From Candidatus Eiseniibacteriota bacterium (GTDB lineage Bacteria; Eisenbacteria; RBG-16-71-46), in the NCBI GenBank assembly GCA_044223005.1, contig JBGAML010000017.1, positions 46,391-110,390 on the forward strand: a DNA stretch of 64,000 nucleotides. Direction: 5' to 3'. This document shows, piece after piece, positions 56,503 to 64,000 of the stretch. Under the pieces are notes generated by a model. That model saw only the letters and a list, made by a program, of their open reading frames with translations, did not search any database and was not told where the DNA came from. The position numbers and the translations under genes were made by a program. The stretch's first letter is position 1. Each line of letters opens with the position of its first letter.

Positions 56503-57224
56503 GTGGGGATGACTCCGGAGAAGAACAGCGCGACGGCGAGGATCCAGGCCGCGAGCAGCAGCACCCAGGTGTCCTCGGGGCGGGTCTGGAGCCAGTGGCG
56601 GCAGCCACAGATCCGGCCCGAGTGCCCGCGCAGGTGCATGACCTGGTAGAGGCGGTGGCTGCGCTCGAATCCATAGAGCACCACGGTGCCCACGGCCTCG
56701 CCCATCATGCCCGTGCGGCGCGTGATCGGCCCCTCGAGCGCGCCGCGCAGGGACAACGCCTTCCAGAGCCGCTCGACGCGGTCGAGCAGCGAGAACACCG
56801 CGCGGTAGGTCAGGAAGAGCCCGTCGCCGAGCGTGCGCGGCATGAGGCGCGAGAGAGGCGCGAAGAGGTCCGGGTACGGCGTGGTGCCGACGAGCCAGAG
56901 CGCGACAAGGCTCGCGATGACCGGGCGCAGGCCGAGCACGGCGGCGTTCTCGATGCCGCCCCGCCAGCCGGCGATGAGGAAGATGGTCGCGAAGAGCAGT
57001 GGCGTCGTCGCCGCGGCGAGGATCAGGCGCGGCGGCATCTGCGCCGTGGCGACGAGGATGATCGCGGTGCCGAGCATCACGAGCAACGCGGGCCAGCCGG
57101 GCATGAACACGGCCACACCGACGGCGAGCGCCGTGGCCCCGAGCTTGGTGACCGCGCTCGCGCGATGCCAGACCGAACGGCCGGCGCTCGCGACGTAGTC
57201 CACTTGCGCGAAGGTGTTGATCAT
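56499..57224 (-). CDS. cbiQ: Second ECF T component
   Basis: S.WHR....KL, TTPY, TYR and M.LRG motifs. Confidence 0.8.
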   Translation of the reverse strand: MINTFAQVDYVASAGRSVWHRASAVTKLGATALAVGVAVFMPGWPALLVMLGTAIILVATAQMPPRLILAAATTPLLFATIFLIAGWRGGIENAAVLGLRPVIASLVALWLVGTTPYPDLFAPLSRLMPRTLGDGLFLTYRAVFSLLDRVERLWKALSLRGALEGPITRRTGMMGEAVGTVVLYGFERSHRLYQVMHLRGHSGRICGCRHWLQTRPEDTWVLLLAAWILAVALFFSGVIPT

Positions 57225-57925
57225 CGCGTCCCCTCCGCGGCGGCGCTCGCCCCCTCGCCGGCCGGCCCGGGCAGCAGGTCCGGGCGCACGCGGGCGAGGA
57301 AGCCGGCGAGGCCCCATCCGAGCAGCGCCTCGACGGTCACCGCGAGCGCGAGCAGGGGGACGAGGATCGCGAGCAGCGTGCCACCCTTCAGCCACACGAG
57401 CGCGTGCGCGACCTCGTGCTCCGTGCCGGTCGCGGGCGCGAGGCGCACCGACAGCGCCAGCAGCGCGATCCAGAGCGCGCTCGAGAGGAGCTGCGAGATC
57501 GCCGTCGCCGCCGCCATGGCGCCGGCCGGCCGGAGCGAACGCACGAGCGCGAGGTAGAGCGGCCGGGCCACCGCGGCGCCGGCGCCGAGCACGAGCGTGT
57601 TGAGGCCCACCACGGTGAACCCACCCTGCCCCATCAGCGCGAGAATCAATGTGACGACGAAGCTCACCTGGAAGCCACCGGCGGCCCCGAGCAGCACGCC
57701 CACCGGGCCGGCGAGCGTCATGCAGTAGTCGAACGCCGTGATTGGCACCGGGATCGCCATCACCGCGAGCATGATGCCGCCGAGCGCGCTGCGGAACGCG
57801 ACCTGCTGCGGCCCGTGCCGGCGCGTGAACGGCAGCGTCGCCGCCAGCAGCAGCACGGCGAGCACGAGGCCGGCGATCCACACGAGCGGAGGCAACACGC
57901 CATCGGGGATGTGCAGGTGAGACAT
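57221..57925 (-). CDS. cbiM: Second ECF S component (CbiM/NikM family)
   Basis: MSHLHIPDG, G.GG.TVVGLN and VEA, multi-TM. Confidence 0.85.
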   Translation of the reverse strand: MSHLHIPDGVLPPLVWIAGLVLAVLLLAATLPFTRRHGPQQVAFRSALGGIMLAVMAIPVPITAFDYCMTLAGPVGVLLGAAGGFQVSFVVTLILALMGQGGFTVVGLNTLVLGAGAAVARPLYLALVRSLRPAGAMAAATAISQLLSSALWIALLALSVRLAPATGTEHEVAHALVWLKGGTLLAILVPLLALAVTVEALLGWGLAGFLARVRPDLLPGPAGEGASAAAEGTR

Positions 57926-57961
57926 GCGAACCGGTCCGGAGCCCTTTCCGCGGTCCCGCCG

Positions 57962-58693
57962 CTACTGCGTCCACGCCAGTGCGACCCCGGCGGCCCGCGC
58001 GCCCGCGGCGTCCAGCGCCGCGAGGCAGGCGTCCATCGTCGCACCCGTCGTCATCACGTCGTCCACGACCAGCACGCGCCGGCCCTCCAGCCGCGCCGGC
58101 TTCACCGCCGCGAACGCACCGGCCACGTTGGCCCGCCGCGCGGCCTCGCCGAGCCGCGCCTGCGCGCGCGTGGCGCGCACGCGCCGCAGCGCGCCGGGCA
58201 GCCGCGGGGACCCGAGCGCATCCGCCAGGGCGTCCGCGAGCGACGCGGCCTGATTGTAACCGCGTTCGCGTTCCCGCGCCGGGTGGAGCGGCACCTCCAG
58301 CACGAGGTCCGGCCGCGCCCATGCCGAGGGCACGGCGGCGGCGAGCACGCGCCCCAGCGGCCGCGCCAGCACCGGGCGGCCGCCGTACTTGAGCGCGTGC
58401 ACGATCGCGGCGGCGCGCTCGTCGAAGAGCCACGGCACGAACACGCGCCGGCCGGCATGGCGCGTACAGCGCACCGGGTCGCGGCCGTCGAGCAGGCAGG
58501 TGGCGCAGAGTGGCACGCGCAGACGCGGGATGCGCACGCGGCAGTGCGCGCAGAGCACGCGGCTCGCCGACGCCGGGGCGCCGCACCCGGGACAGCGCTG
58601 CGGCAGTGCGAACGCGAGCACGCGCGCGCCCAGCGTGCGCGCGGCGGCGAGCACGGGCGCCGAACCCCGCGCGACGGCGGCGGCGGCGTTCAT
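57962..58693 (-). CDS. comF: ComF family phosphoribosyltransferase-like protein
   Basis: CPGC/CAHC/CATC zinc ribbon, KY, RGYNQA and VDDVMTTGAT. Confidence 0.9.
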   Translation of the reverse strand: MNAAAAVARGSAPVLAAARTLGARVLAFALPQRCPGCGAPASASRVLCAHCRVRIPRLRVPLCATCLLDGRDPVRCTRHAGRRVFVPWLFDERAAAIVHALKYGGRPVLARPLGRVLAAAVPSAWARPDLVLEVPLHPARERERGYNQAASLADALADALGSPRLPGALRRVRATRAQARLGEAARRANVAGAFAAVKPARLEGRRVLVVDDVMTTGATMDACLAALDAAGARAAGVALAWTQ

Positions 58694-59505
58694 CGCGGCC
58701 AGCCCACGGCGGCCGCCAGAGGCGCGAGCGGAACCTCGCGGTCGAACCAGAGCGACAGCGAGCGGCGCGCCTGGTGCACGAGCAGCCCGAGGCCGTCCAC
58801 GGCCTCGAACCCCGCGGCGCGCGCATCCTTCACCCACGGCGTGGGCTCGGGCCCGTAGGTCAGGTCCATCACGAGCGCCGAGCGCGCGATCCGCTCGAGC
58901 GGCGCCGGTGGTTCGCCACCCGCGAGCGGCGTGCAGTTGACCACGACGCCGGCGGAGGCGAGCGCCTCGGACTCCGCGCCCGAGCGCCAGCCGACGAACG
59001 TCCCCTCGCGGCCGTCGCCCCACGCATCGCCCGCGTCGCGTGGCCGGCGTGCGCTGATGCGCACGTCCGGACAGCCGGCCTCCGCCAGCGCCAGCGCGAG
59101 ACTGCGCGCCGCCCCCCCGGCGCCCAGCAGCACCACGCGCTGCGCCTGCGGTTCGCGTCCCATGGCGCGCAGCAGGTCGAGGAACCCGGGGCCGTCGGTC
59201 GTCTCGCCGAGGCGGCCGTCGCTCCGGAACGCGATCGTGTTCACCGAGCGCGAGCGCTCGGCCGCGGCGCTCGCGCGCGCGAGGAGCTCGAGCGCCGGCT
59301 CCTTGAGCGGATGCGTCAGGTTGCAGCCGAGGAAGCCCCGCGATTCCAGCTCGTCCAGCCGCGCGGGCAGTTCCGCCGGCGGCGTCCGCAGCGCGTGCGG
59401 CTCGCACGCGAGCCCCAGCGCCTCGCAGCCCGCGCGGTGCAGCACCGGCGAGAGCGTGTACGCGAGGGGGTCGCCGAGCACCGCGAGGCGGACGGTCGCG
59501 CTCAT
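58690..59505 (-). CDS. aroE: Shikimate dehydrogenase
   Basis: LSP..H, NLTHPLK, SVNT, TDG, GAGGAA, NCTP and LVHQA. Confidence 0.9.
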   Translation of the reverse strand: MSATVRLAVLGDPLAYTLSPVLHRAGCEALGLACEPHALRTPPAELPARLDELESRGFLGCNLTHPLKEPALELLARASAAAERSRSVNTIAFRSDGRLGETTDGPGFLDLLRAMGREPQAQRVVLLGAGGAARSLALALAEAGCPDVRISARRPRDAGDAWGDGREGTFVGWRSGAESEALASAGVVVNCTPLAGGEPPAPLERIARSALVMDLTYGPEPTPWVKDARAAGFEAVDGLGLLVHQARRSLSLWFDREVPLAPLAAAVGWPR

Positions 59506-60290
59506 GGCCGCGCGGGCGCCGCCTCGCGCCGCAGGCGCAGGATCATCAGCGTCCCGAAGAGCACGAGCACGAGGCTCGTGAGCTGGCTCTCCGTGAACTC
59601 GAACGGCACGTGCACGATCACCGCGTCCGCCTCGTACGTCCGGGTCAGGTCGATCGGGATCCGCACCAGCGCGAACGCGATCACGAAGCTCCAGAAGAGC
59701 ACGCCGGGCGTGCGGACGCGGGTGCGGATCGCCCAGAGCACGACGAACAGCACCAGCCCCGCGGCCGCGTTGTAGAGCTGCGACGGGTGCACGGGCGTGT
59801 TGCCGAACTCGAGCGCGGCGAACGACCCCGGCGGGAACGTCACGCCCCACGGCAGCGAGGTCGGGCGGCCGTAGCAGCAGCCGTTGAGGAAGCAGCCCAC
59901 GCGTCCGAACATGGTGCCCAGCGCGAGCGAGGGCGCGAGCGCGTCGGCCACGACCCAGCGCGGCAGGCCGAATCGCCGCGCCGAGGCGAGCCCGGCGAAC
60001 GTGCCCGCCACGAGCCCGCCGTAGAGCGTGAGGCCGCCCTGCCACAGGGCGAGCACGCTGCCCCACTCGCGGCGGAAGTCCGCGAGGTGCTCCAGCACGT
60101 ACAGGGCGCGCGCCCCGAGCACCGAGGCGACGAGCGTCACGATCACCACGTTGAGCAGCTTGTCCTCGTCGAGGCCGCGACGCTTCGCCTCGAGCAGGCC
60201 GAGCCACGTGCCGACGAGGAACGCGACCGCCATCATCACGCCGTAGGAATGCAGGTGGATGGGGCCCAGCCGCAACAGCTCGGGAATCAT
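59502..60290 (-). CDS. lgt: Prolipoprotein diacylglyceryl transferase
   Basis: GAR..Y, GGL..YGG, GR.GCF.NGCCYG and HPSQLY. Confidence 0.92.
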   Translation of the reverse strand: MIPELLRLGPIHLHSYGVMMAVAFLVGTWLGLLEAKRRGLDEDKLLNVVIVTLVASVLGARALYVLEHLADFRREWGSVLALWQGGLTLYGGLVAGTFAGLASARRFGLPRWVVADALAPSLALGTMFGRVGCFLNGCCYGRPTSLPWGVTFPPGSFAALEFGNTPVHPSQLYNAAAGLVLFVVLWAIRTRVRTPGVLFWSFVIAFALVRIPIDLTRTYEADAVIVHVPFEFTESQLTSLVLVLFGTLMILRLRREAAPARP

Positions 60291-61510
60291 CAGTACTCCC
60301 GGCGCCGGAGCGCCACGTTCTGCAACAGGCCGATCTGGATGCAGTTCACCACCAGGGCGGTGCCGCCGTACGACAGGAACGGCAGCGGGATCCCGGTCAC
60401 GGGAGCCCACCCGACCGTCATCAGCATGTTCACCATGATCGTGAAGAAGAGGGCGGTGACCACGCCGATCGCCGTGAGTCCGGCGAAGCCGTCGCGGGCC
60501 ACGGCCGCGAGGCGATAGCCCCGCAGGATGGTCACTCCGTAGAGTAGCACCACCGTCAATGCCCCCAGGAACCCCAGCTCCTCGCCCACCACGGAATAGA
60601 TGAAGTCGGTGTGGCGCATGGGCAGGAACGCCAGCGCCTTCTGCGAGCCCTTGAGGTAGCCCTTGCCGAGCACACCGCCCGAGCCGATGGCGATCTTGGA
60701 CTGGATGATCTGGTAGCCCGCGCCCATCGGATCGTTGTCGGGGTTGATGAACGTCTCGATGCGCCGCTTCTGGTAGTCGTGGAGATGGTTCCAGAGGTGC
60801 GGCAGTTCGTACGCGACGACGCCGTTCAGGGCGACGAACACCAGCAACGCCGCCACGCGCGGCCGGGCGAACGCCACCAGCGCCACGAACAGGCCGACGA
60901 ACCACCACACCGTGCCGGTCACGAAGAAGAGCGCCACGTTGAACACGGGCGACAGCCCGAGCAGCAGCCGGCCCAGTGGCATGCCGGCCCAGAAGTACAT
61001 CGCGACGAGCATCACCGGGAACGACAGCGCGGTGCCGAGGTCGGGCTCCTTGGCGACGAGCGCGAACGGCACGAGCGCGATGACGAGCGGCGGCAGCCAC
61101 CAGCGCACACGCCCGAGGTCGAGTTTCGCGTGGTCGAAGTAGCGCGCGAGCACGAACGTGGTCGCGAGCTTGGCGATCTCGCTGGGCTGGAACTGCAACG
61201 GGCCGAGTTCGATCCAGCGCTTCGCCCCGAGACGGCTGGTGCCGATCGCGAGCACGGCCACGAGCAGCACGAGCGAGATCGCGTAGAGCGGCCACGCCAG
61301 CGAGTCGTAGACGCGGTAGTGGATGCCGGCCACGACCCAGGCGGCGAGGAACGCGAGGCCGCACCACGCGAGCTGCTTCATCCACAGGCCCTGGTGCGCA
61401 CCGGGAATCGAAGTCGCGCTGTAGACCGTGGCGAGGCCGATGCCGATCAGGCCCAGCGTGGCCAGCGCGAGTGGCCAGTCGATGTGCGGCAGCCGCAGGG
61501 CCCTAGTCAA
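60290..61510 (-). CDS. rodA: SEDS peptidoglycan polymerase RodA
   Basis: GAKRW, QPSE.AK, PDLG, HTDFI and LPFLSYGG. Follows mrdA. Confidence 0.95.
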   Translation of the reverse strand: MTRALRLPHIDWPLALATLGLIGIGLATVYSATSIPGAHQGLWMKQLAWCGLAFLAAWVVAGIHYRVYDSLAWPLYAISLVLLVAVLAIGTSRLGAKRWIELGPLQFQPSEIAKLATTFVLARYFDHAKLDLGRVRWWLPPLVIALVPFALVAKEPDLGTALSFPVMLVAMYFWAGMPLGRLLLGLSPVFNVALFFVTGTVWWFVGLFVALVAFARPRVAALLVFVALNGVVAYELPHLWNHLHDYQKRRIETFINPDNDPMGAGYQIIQSKIAIGSGGVLGKGYLKGSQKALAFLPMRHTDFIYSVVGEELGFLGALTVVLLYGVTILRGYRLAAVARDGFAGLTAIGVVTALFFTIMVNMLMTVGWAPVTGIPLPFLSYGGTALVVNCIQIGLLQNVALRRREY

Positions 61511-63368
61511 AGTCCCCTCCCGTCGTGTCGGCGGCCGTGGAGTCGCGCCGGGCGTGTGCCGGGCGGGCGGTCGCGAGCGAATCCCCGAGCAGCACGCGCC
61601 GGAACACCTTCGCCGCGATCGGGGCGCAAATCGTGCCGCCGTGGCCGCTGTTCTCGGCCACGATCGCCATCGCGATCGTCGGATGGTCGGCCGGGGCGTA
61701 GCAGACGAAAACGGCGTGGTCCTGGCCGTGCGGGTTCTGCGCGGTGCCGGTCTTGCCCGCGACGGGCAGGCCGGGAATGATCGCCGAGTGCGCGGTGCCG
61801 GCCTCGACGACGCGGCGCATCGCGAGGTGCACGGCGTCCCACAGGTCGGCCGGCGCGACGAGGCCGGGCTCGAGCGGCTTGTCGACGTGGTACTCCGGCA
61901 CGCCGGCGATCGACTTCACGACGTGCGGCCGCACCGCGCGGCCGTCGTTGGCCACGATCGACGTCATGAGCGCGAGCTGCAGCGGCGACGTCAGCAGCTC
62001 CCCCTGGCCGATGCCGAGGTTGAGCAGTACGCCGCGGGGCCAGTGGCCCGTCTTGAAGTGGCGATCGTAGTACCCGGACGAGGGCACGAGGCCGCGGGTC
62101 TCCGCGGGCAGGTCGATGCCGGTGCGCTCGCCGAGGCCCAGCGCGTTCGCGGTCGCCTGCATCTTGTCGAGCCCGACGTGGAGCCCGAGCTGGTAGAAGT
62201 AGACGTCGCACGAGAACTGCAGCGCGGTGACGAGGTCGATCGAGCCGTGGCCGTGCTTGTCCCAGCACGCGAAGCGGCGCCCGCCGAACGTGTAGCCGCC
62301 GGTGCAGGACACGGGCTCGTGCGAATCCGGCCGGACGATGCCGTAGCGCAGGCCCGCCACCATCATCACCACCTTGAACGTCGAGCCCGGCGGGTAGGCG
62401 CTCTGGATGGCGCGATTGAGCAGCGGGTTGCCGCCGCCCGCGGTCAGCTCCTGCCAGCGCGCGAACGAGATGCCGCGCGAGAACTCGTTGGGATCGAACG
62501 CCGGCCGGCTCACCATCGCGAGCACCGACCCGTCGCGCGGATCGAGCGCGACCGCCGCACCGCGCGCGACGTCGGCCATGCCTTCCTCCAGCGCGCGCTG
62601 CACGTCGAGGTCGATCGTGAGGGTGATGTCGTGCCCGGGCACCGGCAGCCGCGGCGGGCCTTCGCGCAGCGTCGAGACGCGCTTGCCCATCGCGTTCACG
62701 ACCACGAACTCCGCGCCGTCCTGGCCCCGGAGCACGTCCTCGTAGCGCCGCTCGACTCCCGTCTTGCCGATCAGGTCGCCCATCCGGTAGCCGGTGTCCT
62801 GGCGCTGTTCGAGCTCGCGATCGTTGATCTCGCCGGCGTACCCGAGCAGCTGCGCGCCGAGCGTACCCTCGGGGTAGCGCCGGATCGGCGCCACGACGAC
62901 GTCGACCCCCGGCAGCTCCGGCCGCAACTCCTCGACCGCCGTCATCACCGCGTACGGCACGTTGCGGCGCAGTGTCGCCGTCTGGCCGGTGCGGTTCGCC
63001 TCCTCGACCTTGCGCCGGATCGCCAGCGTGTCGTCCTGCACCAGCGCGGACACGCGCTGCAGCCAGTCCGAGTGCACCGCCGTCCGCACGCGCGTCAGGC
63101 TCTCGGCGGGCATCGGGCGGAACACGACGTCGAAGCTCGGCTGGTTGTCGGCCATGAGCCGGCCGAAGCGGTCGCGGATCGCGCCACGCGGCGCACGCAT
63201 GACGTCGAGCCGGATGCGGTTCTGCTCGGCGAGGCGCGAGAGTTCGTCGTGCTGCACGACCTGCAGGCGCAGCAGGCCGAGCAGCACCGTCGCGAACGCG
63301 ACGAGCACGACGCCCGCGAGCAGCGCGAAGCGCTCGTCCCTAATCCTGCGTGGCGGTCCGGGAGGCAT
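61503..63368 (-). CDS. mrdA: Penicillin-binding protein 2
   Basis: APRG.I.DR, R.YP, PGSTFK, SCDVYFY and KTGTAQ. Confidence 0.95.
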   Translation of the reverse strand: MPPGPPRRIRDERFALLAGVVLVAFATVLLGLLRLQVVQHDELSRLAEQNRIRLDVMRAPRGAIRDRFGRLMADNQPSFDVVFRPMPAESLTRVRTAVHSDWLQRVSALVQDDTLAIRRKVEEANRTGQTATLRRNVPYAVMTAVEELRPELPGVDVVVAPIRRYPEGTLGAQLLGYAGEINDRELEQRQDTGYRMGDLIGKTGVERRYEDVLRGQDGAEFVVVNAMGKRVSTLREGPPRLPVPGHDITLTIDLDVQRALEEGMADVARGAAVALDPRDGSVLAMVSRPAFDPNEFSRGISFARWQELTAGGGNPLLNRAIQSAYPPGSTFKVVMMVAGLRYGIVRPDSHEPVSCTGGYTFGGRRFACWDKHGHGSIDLVTALQFSCDVYFYQLGLHVGLDKMQATANALGLGERTGIDLPAETRGLVPSSGYYDRHFKTGHWPRGVLLNLGIGQGELLTSPLQLALMTSIVANDGRAVRPHVVKSIAGVPEYHVDKPLEPGLVAPADLWDAVHLAMRRVVEAGTAHSAIIPGLPVAGKTGTAQNPHGQDHAVFVCYAPADHPTIAMAIVAENSGHGGTICAPIAAKVFRRVLLGDSLATARPAHARRDSTAADTTGGDFD

Positions 63369-63852
63369 AACCGAAGAGGGGCCGGCCGAGGACGCGGCGC
63401 AGGACCATCAGCAGCGCGGTGCCGATCACGGCCGTCAGCACGCTGGCGAACAGCGCCTGCGCGAGCAGCCACGGGGCGCCGATCACGCCGATGCCGAGTT
63501 CGAAGCTCGCGCTCCATGCCTGGTGGATCAGCGTCGCGCCCGCGAGCAGCGCGAACTGCGTGCGCGCGCTCTCGCGCACGAGGGTGTTGGAGAGCCGCCC
63601 GACCGCGTAGCCGACGAGCGAGAGCAGCAGCGCGTGGCGGCCGAACCAGCGCGCGGAGTCGAGGTCCGCGAGCAGCCCGAGCACGAACCCGAACGTGGAG
63701 CCCCAGGTGTCCGCGTGGCGCAGCGCGAACACGACGGTCGCGAACGCGAGCACGTCGACGACGATCCCGCGCGTGGCCAGGCTGGAGAGCGCGGTCGAGC
63801 GCAGCAGCAGCGTCGCGAGCGCGAGCAGCAGGAATCCGCCGATCGGCCTCAT
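63340..63852 (-). CDS. mreD: Rod shape-determining protein MreD
   Basis: Small multi-TM protein with FGF..GLL.D, immediately upstream of mrdA. Confidence 0.85.
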   Translation of the reverse strand: MRPIGGFLLLALATLLLRSTALSSLATRGIVVDVLAFATVVFALRHADTWGSTFGFVLGLLADLDSARWFGRHALLLSLVGYAVGRLSNTLVRESARTQFALLAGATLIHQAWSASFELGIGVIGAPWLLAQALFASVLTAVIGTALLMVLRRVLGRPLFGYASRTATQD

Positions 63853-64000
63853 CGCGGCCCCCTCCCCGGTCCGCCGCCGGTCGCGGGCGCCGGGCGATGT
63901 GCCGTGTCGGCGACCGGCGCAGCGGGCTTCGCGGCCGCGGCGGCGGGCTTCGCGGCGGGCGCCGCCGGCTTCACGGCCGGGGCGGTGGCCGCGGGCCCGG
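63849..64000 (-). CDS. mreC: Pro/Ala-rich C-terminal tail of the upstream gene, probably MreC (partial)
   Basis: Open frame ...AVKPAAPAAKPAAAAAKPAAPVADTAHRP...GPR* with ATGA overlap on mreD. Identity from synteny only. Confidence 0.55.
   Translation of the reverse strand, partial: GPAATAPAVKPAAPAAKPAAAAAKPAAPVADTAHRPAPATGGGPGRGPR

Noticed and set aside
63900..64000. Short GCGGGCTTCGCGGC-type repeats
   Set aside because: They encode a PAAKPAA low-complexity protein tail and are not a DNA element.

Overview
Very GC-rich bacterial chromosomal window (over 70% by eye) with about 62 protein genes; no rRNA, tRNA, CRISPR or mobile element was recognised. In order: a 4-hydroxybenzoyl-CoA reductase-like hcrCAB operon (hcrB cut by the window edge); a divergent DadA/PuuB-type oxidase; a NikMN/CbiM-Q-O ECF transporter; a TetR-HlyD-ABC (ybhGFSR-like) efflux operon with a perfect 22-bp operator; fba-fbp; a signal-peptide rubrerythrin plus DUF2231; a prolyl oligopeptidase; an aquaporin-arsC-Cof operon; a DUF6504-like/dinB/DUF72 cassette with an SOS-box-like operator; a lower-GC barrel/lipoprotein pair; an nfuA-sORF-mrp-iscS-pdxST-nrnA-ccmABCDEF run (CxxxY-type CcmE); a DUF1611-like NTPase/ABC exporter/7x beta-sandwich surface protein/outer-membrane barrel operon (best candidate for an undescribed system); and mreCD-mrdA-rodA-lgt-aroE-comF followed by a second ECF and rarA. 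Four secreted proteins share a FlgD-Ig/T9SS-like C-terminal domain, suggesting a diderm FCB-related lineage such as Ca. Eisenbacteria (inference only). Calls come from motif recognition, no searches were run, and starts were corrected from the ORF track using RBS and stop/start overlaps.
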